This document shows, in pieces, positions 13,622 to 25,754 of a stretch of 64,000 nucleotides of DNA. Made by a program: the position numbers and the translations under genes. Position 1 is the stretch's first letter, and every line of letters starts with the position of its first letter. A model generated the notes under the pieces. The model had not been told where the DNA came from. It was given only the letters and a program-made list of their open reading frames with translations, and did no database searches. The DNA comes from Paraspadella gotoi (taxonomy: Eukaryota > Animalia > Chaetognatha): assembly GCA_051294375.1 (NCBI GenBank), contig CM119266.1, forward strand, positions 12,145,484 through 12,209,483. The letters are read 5' to 3'.

Positions 13622-14890
13622 ATGCAGAATATCAAAGTGTAGGTTTTATTATCTAATTTGTTGACGAGGCTGTTCCCAAAAAAATTCTTAAAAGAACTGT
13701 TCTTTTCCAGTTTCTCCTTCTTTGCTGTTCTTTTGCTTTTTCTCCTTCGCAAAAGAACATTTCTATACTGTACTCTCCTTCCTAAAAGAACTGTTCTTTT
13801 CCGTTTATTCCTTTGTAATATAACTGTTCTTTTCCTCTTTTTTTCTCCCTGAAAGTTGCCTCGTTTCATGTTTTTATGTTTCAACGATTCGCGATTCGTC
13901 TTTGCGTTTCTCCTCTACTTTCCTTTCGCGAAGAGAATTTTCTCAAACCGATAAATTACGATCGCATTCACTTCCTCTTCTTTGTTTTTTTTTTTTTTTT
14001 TTGCTTTTATTTGTTGCGCCGCGGAGCAACTGTATAAGTCACTTTTCGGTCGGTCGGTATATCTGTCCATCTGTCTGTCCCACTTACGTTGAAAATGCTT
14101 ATATTGTATTGTATTGTATCTATTCATACAGCAGGTCCGAGGACCATGGGCCACAGTGGTTTTACAAAAATAAAAAGCAGAAAACAGAGATTCAAGCAGA
14201 TTTCCAGGAACTTGCATATAGTTGGTTGCTCATTTGTTAAGACAGGAAAAAACCTCAAATCTTAGAAACTGCTAGCACCGCCTTTAGGAAATAACAGACA
14301 AAAGACAAAATTCAGATGCAGTGCTTATCATAAATACATGAGCTAAGAAAGTTATGGTCGTCATGTCACGTCGTCATGTCATATAATGTCATGTTACAAG
14401 AAACCCACGTCATTGCGGCGCAACACACTTTAATTACCGTTCTTGTTTTCTTTTATTTCTTTGTTTTCTATTTTTTTTTCTTTTTCCTTCNNNNNNNNNN
14501 NNNNNNNNNNNNNNNNNNNNNNNNNNNNNNNNNNNNNNNNNNNNNNNNNNNNNNNNNNNNNNNNNNNNNNNNNNNNNNNNNNNNNNNNNNNNNNNNNNNN
14601 NNNNNNNNNNNNNNNNNNNNNNNNNNNNNNNNNNNNNNNNNNNNNNNNNNNNNNNNNNNNNNNNNNNNNNNNNNNNNNNNNNNNNNNNNNNNNNNNNNNN
14701 NNNNNNNNNNNNNNNNNNNNNNNNNNNNNNNNNNNNNNNNNNNNNNNNNNNNNNNNNNNNNNNNNNNNNNNNNNNNNNNNNNNNNNNNNNNNNNTTTTCT
14801 TCATTCTCACCTTTCTTTCTCCACCTTTGTTTTTTTCCTCTCTTTCTTTTCTTCCTCCGACGAACGATCAAAGGAACTCAACGACAAATC

Positions 14891-14925
<35 letters not shown>

Positions 14926-15346
14926 NNNNNNNNNNNNNNNNNNNNNNNNNNNNNNNNNNNNNNNNNNNNNNNNNNNNNNNNNNNNNNNNNNNNNNNNNNN
15001 NNNNNNNNNNNNNNNNNNNNNNNNNNNNNNNNNNNNNNNNNNNNNNNNNNNNNNNNNNNNNNNNNNNNNNNNNNNNNNNNNNNNNNNNNNNNNNNNNNNN
15101 NNNNNNNNNNNNNNNNNNNNNNNNNNNNNNNNNNNNNNNNNNNNNNNNNNNNNNNNNAGAAAAATCCCGCCTCAAATCGGCTTTAGAATAATGAAGAAAA
15201 TATGTATGAAAAAAAAGGAAGAAAAATATTGTCTACAAATAAATGGACGACGTCAACAATATTTTGCCAATTCTTTATCTTTTTTTTTCTCATACTCATT
15301 TTTTTTCCTCATACTTATCGTCGCACATTGTCTTTCCGTGAATCGT
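12192..15346 (+). repeat. ~3 kb direct duplication, copy 2
   Basis: Matches 4961-8003. Its two internal gaps correspond to sequence that is resolved in copy 1 (about 7316-7460 and about 7565-7825). Confidence 0.95.
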
Positions 15347-16307
15347 TTCTAAACAGTCTCATAGTTGTTTACCGAATCGCTATCAACTCCGATCTTCCAA
15401 ATCGTAGGAGTATTTAATCCGAACGTTGTCTCGTATATCGTTGCTCATGTTCTTTGCCACTTTGCTCTTTAACCCTTGTTCCCTCCTCCTCTTCCTCCTC
15501 CGCCTTTCCCTCCTTCTCTTCCTCCTCCTCATTCTCCCTCCCACCGCGGTTCGGGTCATTAGCATTCAATGTTTTTCTGACCCCAAACTTGATAATTTCT
15601 TTTTCTGCGGAGAACCGCGCNNNNNNNNNNNNNNNNNNNNNNNNNNNNNNNNNNNNNNNNNNNNNNNNNNNNNNNNNNNNNNNNNNNNNNNNNNNNNNNN
15701 NNNNNNNNNNNNNNNNNNNNNNNNNNNNNNNNNNNNNNNNNNNNNNNNNNNNNNNNNNNNNNNNNNNNNNNNNNNNNNNNNNNNNNNNNNNNNNNNNNNN
15801 NNNNNNNNNNNNNNNNNNNNNNNNNNNNNNNNNAAAAAAAAAAGAAAGAAAAAGAAAAATCTTCGACGTCTATTTCCGGGAATTGCGGAAATCGCGACCG
15901 CGAGAGCGGGCGACGCGCGCCTCTCGTGATCTTTGCGTGCACGCTCGCGGGAATAGAGAAAATAAAAAGTGCGTGCGCGCGAGTGTGTGAAATCGCACGC
16001 AAGCTCGAATCACTTGTTATCGCTTCGATAAAATGTAAAGAAAGATCCTTTGTTCGCGCACGTTGCTGATGCGCGCACATTTTACGCGCGCCGGTGGCGC
16101 CGGGGAAGCGAAAACGAGACGAGAAGCTGTCGGCGCCGCCATATGCGCGCGTCAGGACGCGCTCCATCTGCGCGCGTTGACGCGAGGCGGCCGACGCCAC
16201 GTGAGAGATTTTTATCGCGAGAAAAAAAAAAGCGGGAAAACAAATCCGGGAGAACAACGCGTCTTTGTTGTAGGAAGAACTAGTCTTGCGGCGCGAAAAT
16301 CCACGCG

Positions 16308-16420
16308 AAGACGACGACGACGAAGACGACGACGATGATGACGATCACGATGATTACGACGACGACAACAATTAGGACGATAACTTTTGCGAAGATGAAG
16401 ACGACGACGACGAAATGCGA
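16308..16420. repeat. Degenerate (GAC/GAT)n trinucleotide tract
   Basis: GACGACGACGAAGACGACGACGATGATGACG... is directly visible. Confidence 0.9.
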
Positions 16421-16798
16421 GAAAACGAGAACTAAGATCGATGACGACTAAAAATCTGAGTCGAGAACCAAATACGTTTGAAAGTAGGTAAGGTTGCTCG
16501 CCGAGATTTTGTTTAAAAGGTATCANNNNNNNNNNTTTTTGTTAGTTTTGTCTAGAGTGACGTTTTCTTTTAAACAGAGTAATTTACAAGTTGAAGCAAC
16601 GACAGTCGTACTTTAATGGTAGAGTCGCGCTTGCGATCTGAATGGAGGTGTCGAGTTTAATGCATATTTAGCTAACACGATGCGTGTAAATGAATCATGA
16701 CGTTTCTGTACAGATAAAACCGCTCAGCGCAGCGATAAATAACGGTTTATTCTCGGGTACTATTCAAAAGCTGCGGCTCCCAACAACAATGGAAAAAA

Positions 16799-16833
<35 letters not shown>

Positions 16834-17304
16834 GGCTCGACAAATGGAAAAATAAGGAAAGGAGAGGGAGAAGAGGAGATGGGAGAGAGAGAGAGGGAGA
16901 GACTAATGGAGAAATTTTTATTATCCCTCCTCTGAAATTACGAGAATTAAATTTAGAATTTTTTTTAGTACTCACCTCGTTTCGAACGACACGAAAAAAA
17001 GGTAATTACCCTCGAAATAGATACTATAAGAAGATATTAAAAAGTAATAATATTTGGATTCTATGCCTAATAGGTCTTTTATAACTTTCGCCATCATATC
17101 GAGATATATCCTGGCATAATAATTGCCCGATATAATTATAAGAGAAGCAAATCTGATAAGCTTTATGAGTCACTTGTCACATATTTATAAAAGGATCTTA
17201 CGCCGAGTTTCCATTTCTTTAAGAGAGAATTCAATACTTTATAAAATAAAAACTTTCTTTGAAAACAGTGCAAATAAATATTTCTACACTTTGAAAAACC
17301 ACAG

Positions 17305-17343
<39 letters not shown>

Positions 17344-18134
17344 AAGATAGAGAGAGAGAAAGAGAGTGAGAGAGAGAGAGAAAGAGAGAATGAATTTAAT
17401 CGAATCAAGCTACTATATAAGCTATTTACTTCAATTAAGTCATCGAGTGGACGATGGGCGTCTGAATGGCGAGAGGAGCCGTCCGATAGAGGGCGTCCGG
17501 TTGGACAAAGGAGAAGGAGGCAATGGCGGCGATGACGTCAATATTTATTAAAACAATAGTTCGTCTTTAATCAAACGACGAATTTTAAACCACTAAGAAT
17601 AACTAAGATAACCTAAAAATATTCTTTAAATACCAAGTCCTAGAAACCAATAGAAGTCGCAGCAATAATACTCAAGACTTCGACCTGACCTAGCAACATC
17701 TCTTCTTTCTTTTTTGCTTCCTTGTTTTTCTTATTTCCTCCCTCCACTCATCTTTGTTCTTTCTTTTTTTCTACTTCTTTTTTCTTTCATCTTTCTCTCT
17801 TCGTCTTCCTTTCATTTATTTCTTTCTCCTTGTACTTCCTCTACTCCTTTTCGTTCATCAACTTCCTTCATCTTTATCTATTTGCGTTCTTCTTCTTTTT
17901 CTCCTTCTCTTTCTACCTCCTCTCTTTCTCTATCTTTGTCTCTTTCTCCCTTTCATCTCCTTCTCCCCAAGAGAGAGAGAGAGAGAGAGAGAGCACGAAG
18001 CAGCGCCAAACGAATCCCTCCGAATCAGCACGAGACTCAAAAAAAAAAAAAAAATCTTTAAGGAAGATTCGTTTTTCGCCTCGAATCGTTTTCACCTGAA
18101 GCCAAAGATTCTCACTCCAAGTCAACGACCCCCA

Positions 18135-18615
18135 TGACGCTCACTCGATGACGACGACGATGACGACGACGACGAGGACGAGCGACGACGACAGGGAACT
18201 CAATGACGACATTGACCTACGATCAGAACAAACGATGATCGGGACGAACGACGGTAACGACGATGACGGACGACAACCATGACGACTATGACGAAGATAA
18301 CAACTATATTAACGTCGACGAATAACGATGAAAATAACGAATATCAAAAACAACAATGACTGCAGCTACAACGACGATGACGACGGTGATGACAAAGATG
18401 ACATCGACGACAACAAATGACTTGAACGATGACGAACGACGACGTCGACTAATGACGATGACGGCGAACGACGACCATGGGCTTGATGACGTTGACGATT
18501 TGAGGGAATGGGAAGACGATAACGAATTTGACGAAAAGGAAAAAAAAAAGTGACGACGAAATCTAAGAAGAGCGAAACTCGAAACGACGACGACAATAAC
18601 GACGATGACACCCTC
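18135..18615. repeat. Long degenerate (GAC/GAT/AAC)n low-complexity tract
   Basis: About 480 bp of GAC/GAT/AAC variants with phase shifts. It is the source of the T/M/D-rich spurious ORFs. Confidence 0.9.
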
Positions 18616-19399
18616 GACACGAGTTTAAGGCTCAAGAGGGCCCCGCCTTCGCCCACGACCTTTGACCTCCTCGAGGACGATCGCCCACGCGAAGGCCAAT
18701 CTCCCCACGATTGCTCGAACGATCGAAGACCCAAACTAGGTCTTCGGCCAACAGAAAAAAAATACGATGTCGAACATTTTGGTTTTCTTGTCGCCGCCGA
18801 ATCACATATAAATATTTCTTCAAAAAAAAAAAAAAATAAGAAAAAAAGAATTCACTCAATCCTTTCACCCTCCCTCCTTTCGTTGTGATACATAAAACAA
18901 AAATCAAGGATTCGAATTTCCCGCTCGAAATCTCAGCCGTGGGATTTCGTTTCAACTACGCGGATCAAATCGAATCACTCAAGCGCCGTCCCCCGAGCGC
19001 GCTCTCTNNNNNNNNNNNNNNNNNNNNNNNNNNNNNNNNNNNNNNNNNNNNNNNNNNNNNNNNNNNNNNNNNNNNNNNNNNNNNNNNNNNNNNNNNNNNN
19101 NNNNNNNNNNNNNNNNNNNNNNNNNNNNNNNNNNNNNNNNNNNNNNNNNNNNNNNNNNNNNNNNNNNNNNNNNNNNNNNNNNNNNNNNNNNNNNNNNNNN
19201 NNNNNNNNNNNNNNNNNNNNNNNNNNNNNNNNNNNNNNNNNNNNNNNNNNNNNNNNNNNNNNNNNNNNNNNNNNNNNNNNNNNNNNNNNNNNNNNNNNNN
19301 NNNNNNNNNNNTTTTTTTCTCCTCTTTTCAGATAAAAAAACCGGAGCCCTCTTAAGTCAACCGCCTTCTTCTCTCGCGCCATCTGCTCTGACACCGTTT

Positions 19400-19622
19400 G
19401 ACGCGGCGTCAACCCCGACGTCAAACCGACGCCATCCGGTCTAACGCAGTCAACGGCGGTCGACCCCGTTAGCTTCGACCCCGCCTACGCTTTAAACGCC
19501 GCCCACACTAGCGACGCCGCCCACACGTCGGGCGCCACTTTGTACTCTTCTCAACGCCCACGCCCTTCGACGCCGCCTACACTAAACGGCGCCACCCAAC
19601 GACAACGTCGACGCCCACGCGT
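19400..19622. repeat. Degenerate GC-rich minisatellite (~16-19 bp, core CGACGCCGCCCACAC)
   Basis: Recurring cores TCGACCCCG (19460, 19475), ACGCCGCCCACAC (19496, 19515) and CGACGCCGCCTACAC (19568). Confidence 0.7.
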
Positions 19623-20705
19623 CTTCCGCACGCGTTTTTTTTAAAGAGTCGCCAAGAAGTCGACAAGATTTAGAAACTTCACGGTTCGAAATTTAAAAAT
19701 CAATTTTGTATCGAAAGATTGAGGAAAAACAGCGATAATAAAAATTATAGGAATTAAATTTCTAAAAAAACAAAACTACTACATTTCGTTTTTTCTGGAT
19801 TTTTCAAACTTTTTACGTACGGTTTAACCCATCATAATCATCATCCCTACAATTTTATCGACGTCATCCCTATTTAGTTGTCCACGAGGGGTCGTCGTGA
19901 CATTAACGATGAACTTCCTATTTCCTGTGATCGAAACAAAAGTCAAATCAAGCGAAATAAAGCGAAAATAAAGCTGAAAAAAGCGACGCTTCAAGCTGTG
20001 ACAAACATCTCCGTCGATCTGACCCGCTAAATGTCTCGACGGACCACNNNNNNNNNNNNNNNNNNNNNNNNNNNNNNNNNNNNNNNNNNNNNNNNNNNNN
20101 NNNNNNNNNNNNNNNNNNNNNNNNNNNNNNNNNNNNNNNNNNNNNNNNNNNNNNNNNNNNNNNNNNNNNNNNNNNNNNNNNNNNNNNNNNNNNNNNNNNN
20201 NNNNNNNNNNNNNNNNNNNNNNNNNNNNNNNNNNNNNNNNNNNNNNNNNNNNNNNNNNNNNNNNNNNNNNNNNNNNNNNNNNNNNNNNNNNNNNNNNNNN
20301 NNNNNNNNNNNNNNNNNNNNNNNNNNNNNNNNNNNNNNNNNNNNNNNNNNNNNNNNNNNNNNNNNNNNNNNNNNNNNNNNNNNNNNNNNNNNNNNNNNNN
20401 NNNNNNNNNNNNNNNNNNNNNNNNNNNNNNNNNNNNNNNNNNNNNNNNNNNNNNNNNNNNNNNNNNNNNNNNNNNNNNNNNNNNNNNNNNNNNNNNNNNN
20501 NNNNNNNNTCCTTTTATTTTATTTTCCGAATTAATTGTTTTCTCATGTGTCTCTTCAATGTCTTATTCTTTCAATCAACAACCTGTTTTTATTTCCGATT
20601 CCCGTTTTTTTTTTGTTTGGAATTTCCCTCATCCTTTTTCTCTTTCTCTTCATCTCTTTTCTTTCCATTCCTTCCTCTTCTCCCCGCCATCTTGTTTGTT
20701 GTTCC

Positions 20706-20739
<34 letters not shown>

Positions 20740-21614
20740 CATCCATCAGTCATCTCATCCTCATCTTCTCATCTTCTCTCTCCTCACATTACTCATTTTA
20801 TCTTCTATACATCCGCGACTTTTCATTCTTTTCTCGTTTTCTAATCCTCGCATATTGTGGAAAACAAGATCAGAATAACCAAATAACACTGACTCTCCTC
20901 TCTCTCTCGCATCTTCCCTCTTTCTGTCTCTGCGCCGGCCCTCTTCTGTTCTATCACTTCTTCTATTTTCCATTCAATCACACCTCCGCTTGCCATCTCG
21001 GCTTTATTCCTCTCAGTAAATCATCTTCTTTTCTTCCTCTCTTTCTCTCAATCGTCTCATCAATCTCTCGTTCACATCACTCAGTCCTTTTCCTCCCTGT
21101 CATTTCCGGTTGATTTCGGCCTCCGAAAGTCGGACTCATGAAAACGTTATGAGCTTCAAATCGCCACTCGCCTCATATATTATATCTGTTCTCTCTGTTA
21201 TATATATAAAAAAAAAAAAATCGGAGAGAAAACATAGTGACCACGACTCGGTGGAATTCTAATGTTTAATTCATTTTAACACCATTCTTTTTATTTGATA
21301 AAAGTTGTTCTCATTCTATACATTATTCAAACTTAAACGGTCAACATGCTGGTGGGCCGCATGAACCATCATGACCCACTTTAAAGGTCAGGTCAACGTC
21401 CTCTAAATCGCGTCATGCTCTTACGAAAAACAAATGATACACTTAAAACACTTCGGGACGCGCCCCATTCCAGATTGTCATAGTTTTACCACCCCCGCCA
21501 CTCCCCAACACCACCTCACCCCCATCATAACCTCCACTTTGAGAAGCTTTTTCCCCCTCGACTTTCGACCTCAAGAATAACCGCCTCTTTTTTTCCCCGC
21601 GAAAGAATCGCAGA

Positions 21615-21860
21615 GGTCGACGACAGAGGGCGATCGTCTCTCCTAAATTGTTGACAGAGGACGATATCGTATTTTTGTTAAAACGACAGAGGGCGATCGC
21701 CTTTTCACGTCTTTTGATGACAAAAGGCCATCGTTTCACCTTACATTGAAAGATCGCCCGTTCTTAATAATTAACAGATGACGATTACCTATCTTTGATA
21801 ATGAGTACGGTCGGCACTTCTGGATATTGCGGACAGAAGTCATTGCCCTCTTCTCAAGTC
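21615..21860. repeat. Degenerate ~32-bp minisatellite with conserved GACAGAGGGCGATCG core
   Basis: Cores at 21622, 21653, 21685 and 21719, with fainter copies to about 21850. Confidence 0.7.
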
Positions 21861-22204
21861 TTTTTGCTTTTTTGTCATGAAGATCCATTGCCATTTTTTT
21901 AAGAAATTACGATCGTCTTTTATAATTATGTTATTATTTGCACACGACAAAAGACAATAGCTTCTCCATCCCAATACCAAAGGACGATCGCCTCCATTCT
22001 CTCGACGATTCAGGAACTTCAGTCTCCTTTTTCTCTTATCTTCCTTCCCTTCCCTTCGATTCCAGCGCCCGAACACTCAGACCCTATTAATCCTTGATGG
22101 TTCGTGTATCGCGCTCGTCGAAACTCCATTTGTCCCTCTCTTTCCCTCTGATGCCCGTTACAACACCCCTTTTGACTTCTTATCGGCTCTTTCAGCCTTT
22201 CTGG

Positions 22205-22237
<33 letters not shown>

Positions 22238-22398
22238 TTTTTTTCTTTCTTTTTGCATCATCATATCTCCTTTTTCCCTGCTCTTCTTTCGAGTTAGATG
22301 ATAACCAAGAATGTGGATGTCACAACAAAAAAATAAATAGTATCTTCGTTCCCTTTCACTTTTTCAATCTCTCACTCTCTCACTCATCACTTCTCTCA

Positions 22399-22451
<53 letters not shown>

Positions 22452-23738
22452 TTTTTCTCTCTCTCGCTTCCCTACCATTTTTTCCCTTCGCACTCCCACT
22501 CATTCATCTCTTCTCACTTCTGAGACTCATCTACTCCATATAAATTCAAGTTCTTTTTCTTCTCTTCACCCAACGACTAGCTTCCCCTCTGCCTTTTCAA
22601 ACCCATTCCTCATCTCGCCGTACGTCTACCCGCGACTCGTGGTCGTTACCCAACCTCTACCCGGTGCTTTTCGCATAATAAAGTCTCTCGCTATCAATCA
22701 GAAGTCTCTCTTCTCATCTCCCTCTCTCTCCTACCCTCTCTCTCTCTCTCCCTCTCCTCTTCTTTCTCTCTCTCTTTCTCTCTCCTCTCTCTCCTCTCTC
22801 TCTCTCTTCTCTTCCTCTCTCCTCTCTTCTCCTCCTCTCTCTCTCTCTCTCGGCTTTTAAATCATTTCGTCGGAAACCCTATTGAAGCATAACTGCTTCT
22901 TTTTCTTGACGTCTGTGGAGTCGCAATATCAGTTTGGATTTGTCCTTTCTTTTTCTTTTTTTCTTTCTTTCTTTCTTTTTCTTTCTTTTTCTTTCTCTTT
23001 ACTTCTCTTTCTTTCTTCTTTCTTTCTTTCTTTTTTCTTTCTTTATTTCTCTCTTTATTCATTCTTTCTTTTCCTTTCTACTTCTTCTTTTTATATTATT
23101 CTCTTCTTGATTCGATCCGTCTACATCCGTCTTTCGCAATCTGTCAGCGCCCTTTTCTCAAAAAATATTATTAGCTCAGCAAAACGTAAGTCCAGTTGTG
23201 TCAGATTAGTTTCTATACTTACGAGTAACTGTTCTTTACAATGAATCAATTTACTTTACTTCTGTTTTAAAATAACTTGATTTACTATCACATCCTCTTT
23301 TCTCCCTTGCAAAACCGTCCCCGCTATGTATGTAAGTGTTTTGGGCTTCTCTCTATCCCTGCTTTTTTTCTGATTCCTCCCCCTCTCTCTCTCCTCTCTC
23401 TTCTCTCTCTCTCTCTCTTCCCTCTCTCTCCTCTCTCTCTCCCTCTTCTTTCTCGTCTTTGTCTTTTTCTTTCAATTCTTCCTATTTATTCTCATTTTAT
23501 TCATCTCAACTCATAAATTGATATTTTTCTTTCTAATGTTTTTATTTTCTGGAATCTCTCATCTATATAACCTTCCCCGTTGTAGTTTTATTACATTTTT
23601 TTAAAATTATTTTTTTTCTTTTCTAACTTCATTCCTTATTTGGCTCTCACCTTGCAATCATCTAACTAGTAATTCTCATTTTCTTCGTCACTATCGGTGA
23701 GACAAAGAAAGTTCTGTGCCACAATCTTCTTGCAGACA

Positions 23739-24362
23739 TTGTAGCAATTGAATTCCTTTCTCCCATCCCGTTTTAACATTCCATTTCCTAATTCCCAATT
23801 TTGTAGCGATTGAATTCCTATCTCCCATCCCGTTTTAACATTCCATTTCCTACCTTCCCAATATTGTAGCGATTGAATTCCTTTCTCCCATCCCTGTAAG
23901 CGAGCTAAATGGTCCTAAAATAATAGTAAACTTAGCTCTAGTAGTATTCCCAATAAACATACCAATTAACTTACTTGTTGAATAAGAGATGCTAACTTGC
24001 TATGGTAGCCGACTCTGTTCCAAGTCAAAGCATAGAATTCATCCTGAAGCTTTAAACTATAATTGAATTACCTAAGAGTGGGTTCCAATAAGAATATTTA
24101 TAAGTTAGTTTAATTGATAATTATTATTAATAAATGTCCCAAACTCTCTAATAAATTATTATCATCAATAGCTACTCTAATGACAAAAGTGAATTTGTGA
24201 AATTAGAACATGAAATGACACAGGAACAGAGTTTATGACAAGTCAATGTCAATACGACAATATGCAAATGAGATTGATGAACTCAATCTCATTCTTGGTT
24301 GTATCAAAAGTTCCTTCCTTATATCCCGTTTTAACATTCCATTTCCTACCTTTCCAATTTTG
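23739..24362. repeat. 62-63 bp minisatellite, 3 copies, the third split by an insertion
   Basis: The unit is TTGTAGCGATTGAATTCCTTTCTCCCATCCCGTTTTAACATTCCATTTCCTACCTTCCCAAT, with GTAGC at 23741, 23803 and 23866. Copy 3 breaks after TCCC at 23894 and resumes as TCCCGTTTTAACATTCC at 24324. Confidence 0.93.
23895..24323. mobile_element. 429-bp insertion with 4-bp TSD (TCCC); solo LTR of an LTR retrotransposon likely
   Basis: TCCC flanks both sides (23891-23894 and 24324-24327). The termini TGTAAG...CTTATA form a 5/6 inverted repeat, one substitution from the canonical TG...CA. Internal AATAAA motifs are present and there is no ORF. The empty site is defined by the neighbouring minisatellite units. 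Confidence 0.75.
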
Positions 24363-24457
24363 GGTCAGGTTCTCATCCGTCATAGTTTTTCCTTTCCTCC
24401 CCGATGCCCGTTTGGTCTCTTCGTTCTGTTTTTGTTTGGCTTTTTTTCTTTCTTTCT

Positions 24458-24518
24458 GAAAGAGAGGCTATGATTAGGTAATGCAGAAAGAATCGAAGAG
24501 AGAGAGAGAAAGAGAGAG

Positions 24519-24550
<32 letters not shown>

Positions 24551-25295
24551 GAGAGAGAGAGAAGAGAGAGAGGAGAGAGAGGTGGAGAATGGGAGGTGAA
24601 GGAGCAGGAGGAAGAGGAGGAGGTGAGGAGAGTCGGACCCTTGGATTAAATCAAATTAGCCTCCGGAGGAGGAGGAGGAGGAGAGGAGGAGGAAGAAGAG
24701 GAGGAGGAAGAGGAATGAAATGGGGAGAGGATTTTATGAGAGCAGGACTAAAGGCAACACAGAATATTATGGAAGAAGAACAGCAATAATTTTCGGGAAA
24801 TGGGAAATTGGAAAGAACGCAACGTTTCCCTTCTGAACGCGGTTGCGACGGGCGCGTTAATTATGAATTTTTTTTTCCCTTCTAAATAAAGTGGAGTAAT
24901 TTTGATTAGGTTGTTCGTTTTTATTTACTTTAAACTATAAATTTACATTGAACCGGAAAATTTATTTGAGAAAAATCTTTGATTGTTTGGGAACTCGGTG
25001 CACAAAATTTACAAGTTGCAACAATTGAGAAGCATTCATTTAAATACCAGGGCGTTTTAGAGTAAAATGAAGTACAGGGCGAGAAAGGGAGGAGAGGTTT
25101 TTTAAATTATCCGTCGCGGAATCGAAAGGCGTCGGACCGAAGAGGAGAAAAGCGCTGAGAAAAGGTTGGAGGCGGCGGCGGGGGGGGGGGGGAGGAGAAA
25201 AACTTTGAAAAAAAAGTAAACAGATAAACAGAACGGGGAACGAGGAATAACAAGTAGGGAAGAGAAGAGGATAATGGGGCAGAAAACAGCCCGGG
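24458..25295 (+). repeat. ~0.85 kb segment X, copy 1 of 3
   Basis: A partial direct copy lies at 27367-27975 and a full inverted copy at 39846-40710. All copies end in a (GA)n tract. Confidence 0.93.
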
Positions 25296-25302
25296 AAAAA
25301 GA

Positions 25303-25382
<80 letters not shown>

Positions 25383-25754
25383 CTAAAGACAAACAAGGAC
25401 AGAAGACGCACCAAGCCAAAGAAACAGATCAAAAGGTGGGGGCCAGATTCGGGCCGATGAGAGATTGATTAAAGAAGCTCTCCCCTTGCCCCAGCCTCTC
25501 CCCCCCGCCCTACCCCCTTCCCTCGGCCCTTCCAAAACGAAAAAAAAAAAGTTTAAAGAGAGATCTAATCAGTGGATGAGTGGGACCGATCACGTGAGAT
25601 CATCACGTGGGCGTGGCCTCGAGGTGAAAAAAAAAGCATGGAAGGTGGTGACGATGGCAAAAGAAGATGATGAACGACATTGTCAAACGTCGTTCGTGAT
25701 ACTAGAAAATAAACATTGTTTTCAGAAGANNNNNNNNNNNNNNNNNNNNNNNNN

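Noticed and set aside
17060-17230. Minus-strand reading LYRAIIMP...LD..G resembling a LINE RT C-terminal motif
   Set aside because: It needs stops and frameshifts within about 25 codons, so it is too short to distinguish from chance without a BLASTX search.
21615-21860. CRISPR array interpretation of the 32-bp periodic repeat (also considered for the 43-bp and 62-bp repeats)
   Set aside because: The repeats are either degenerate or fully tandem without unique spacers of CRISPR length. There are no cas genes and the context is eukaryotic.
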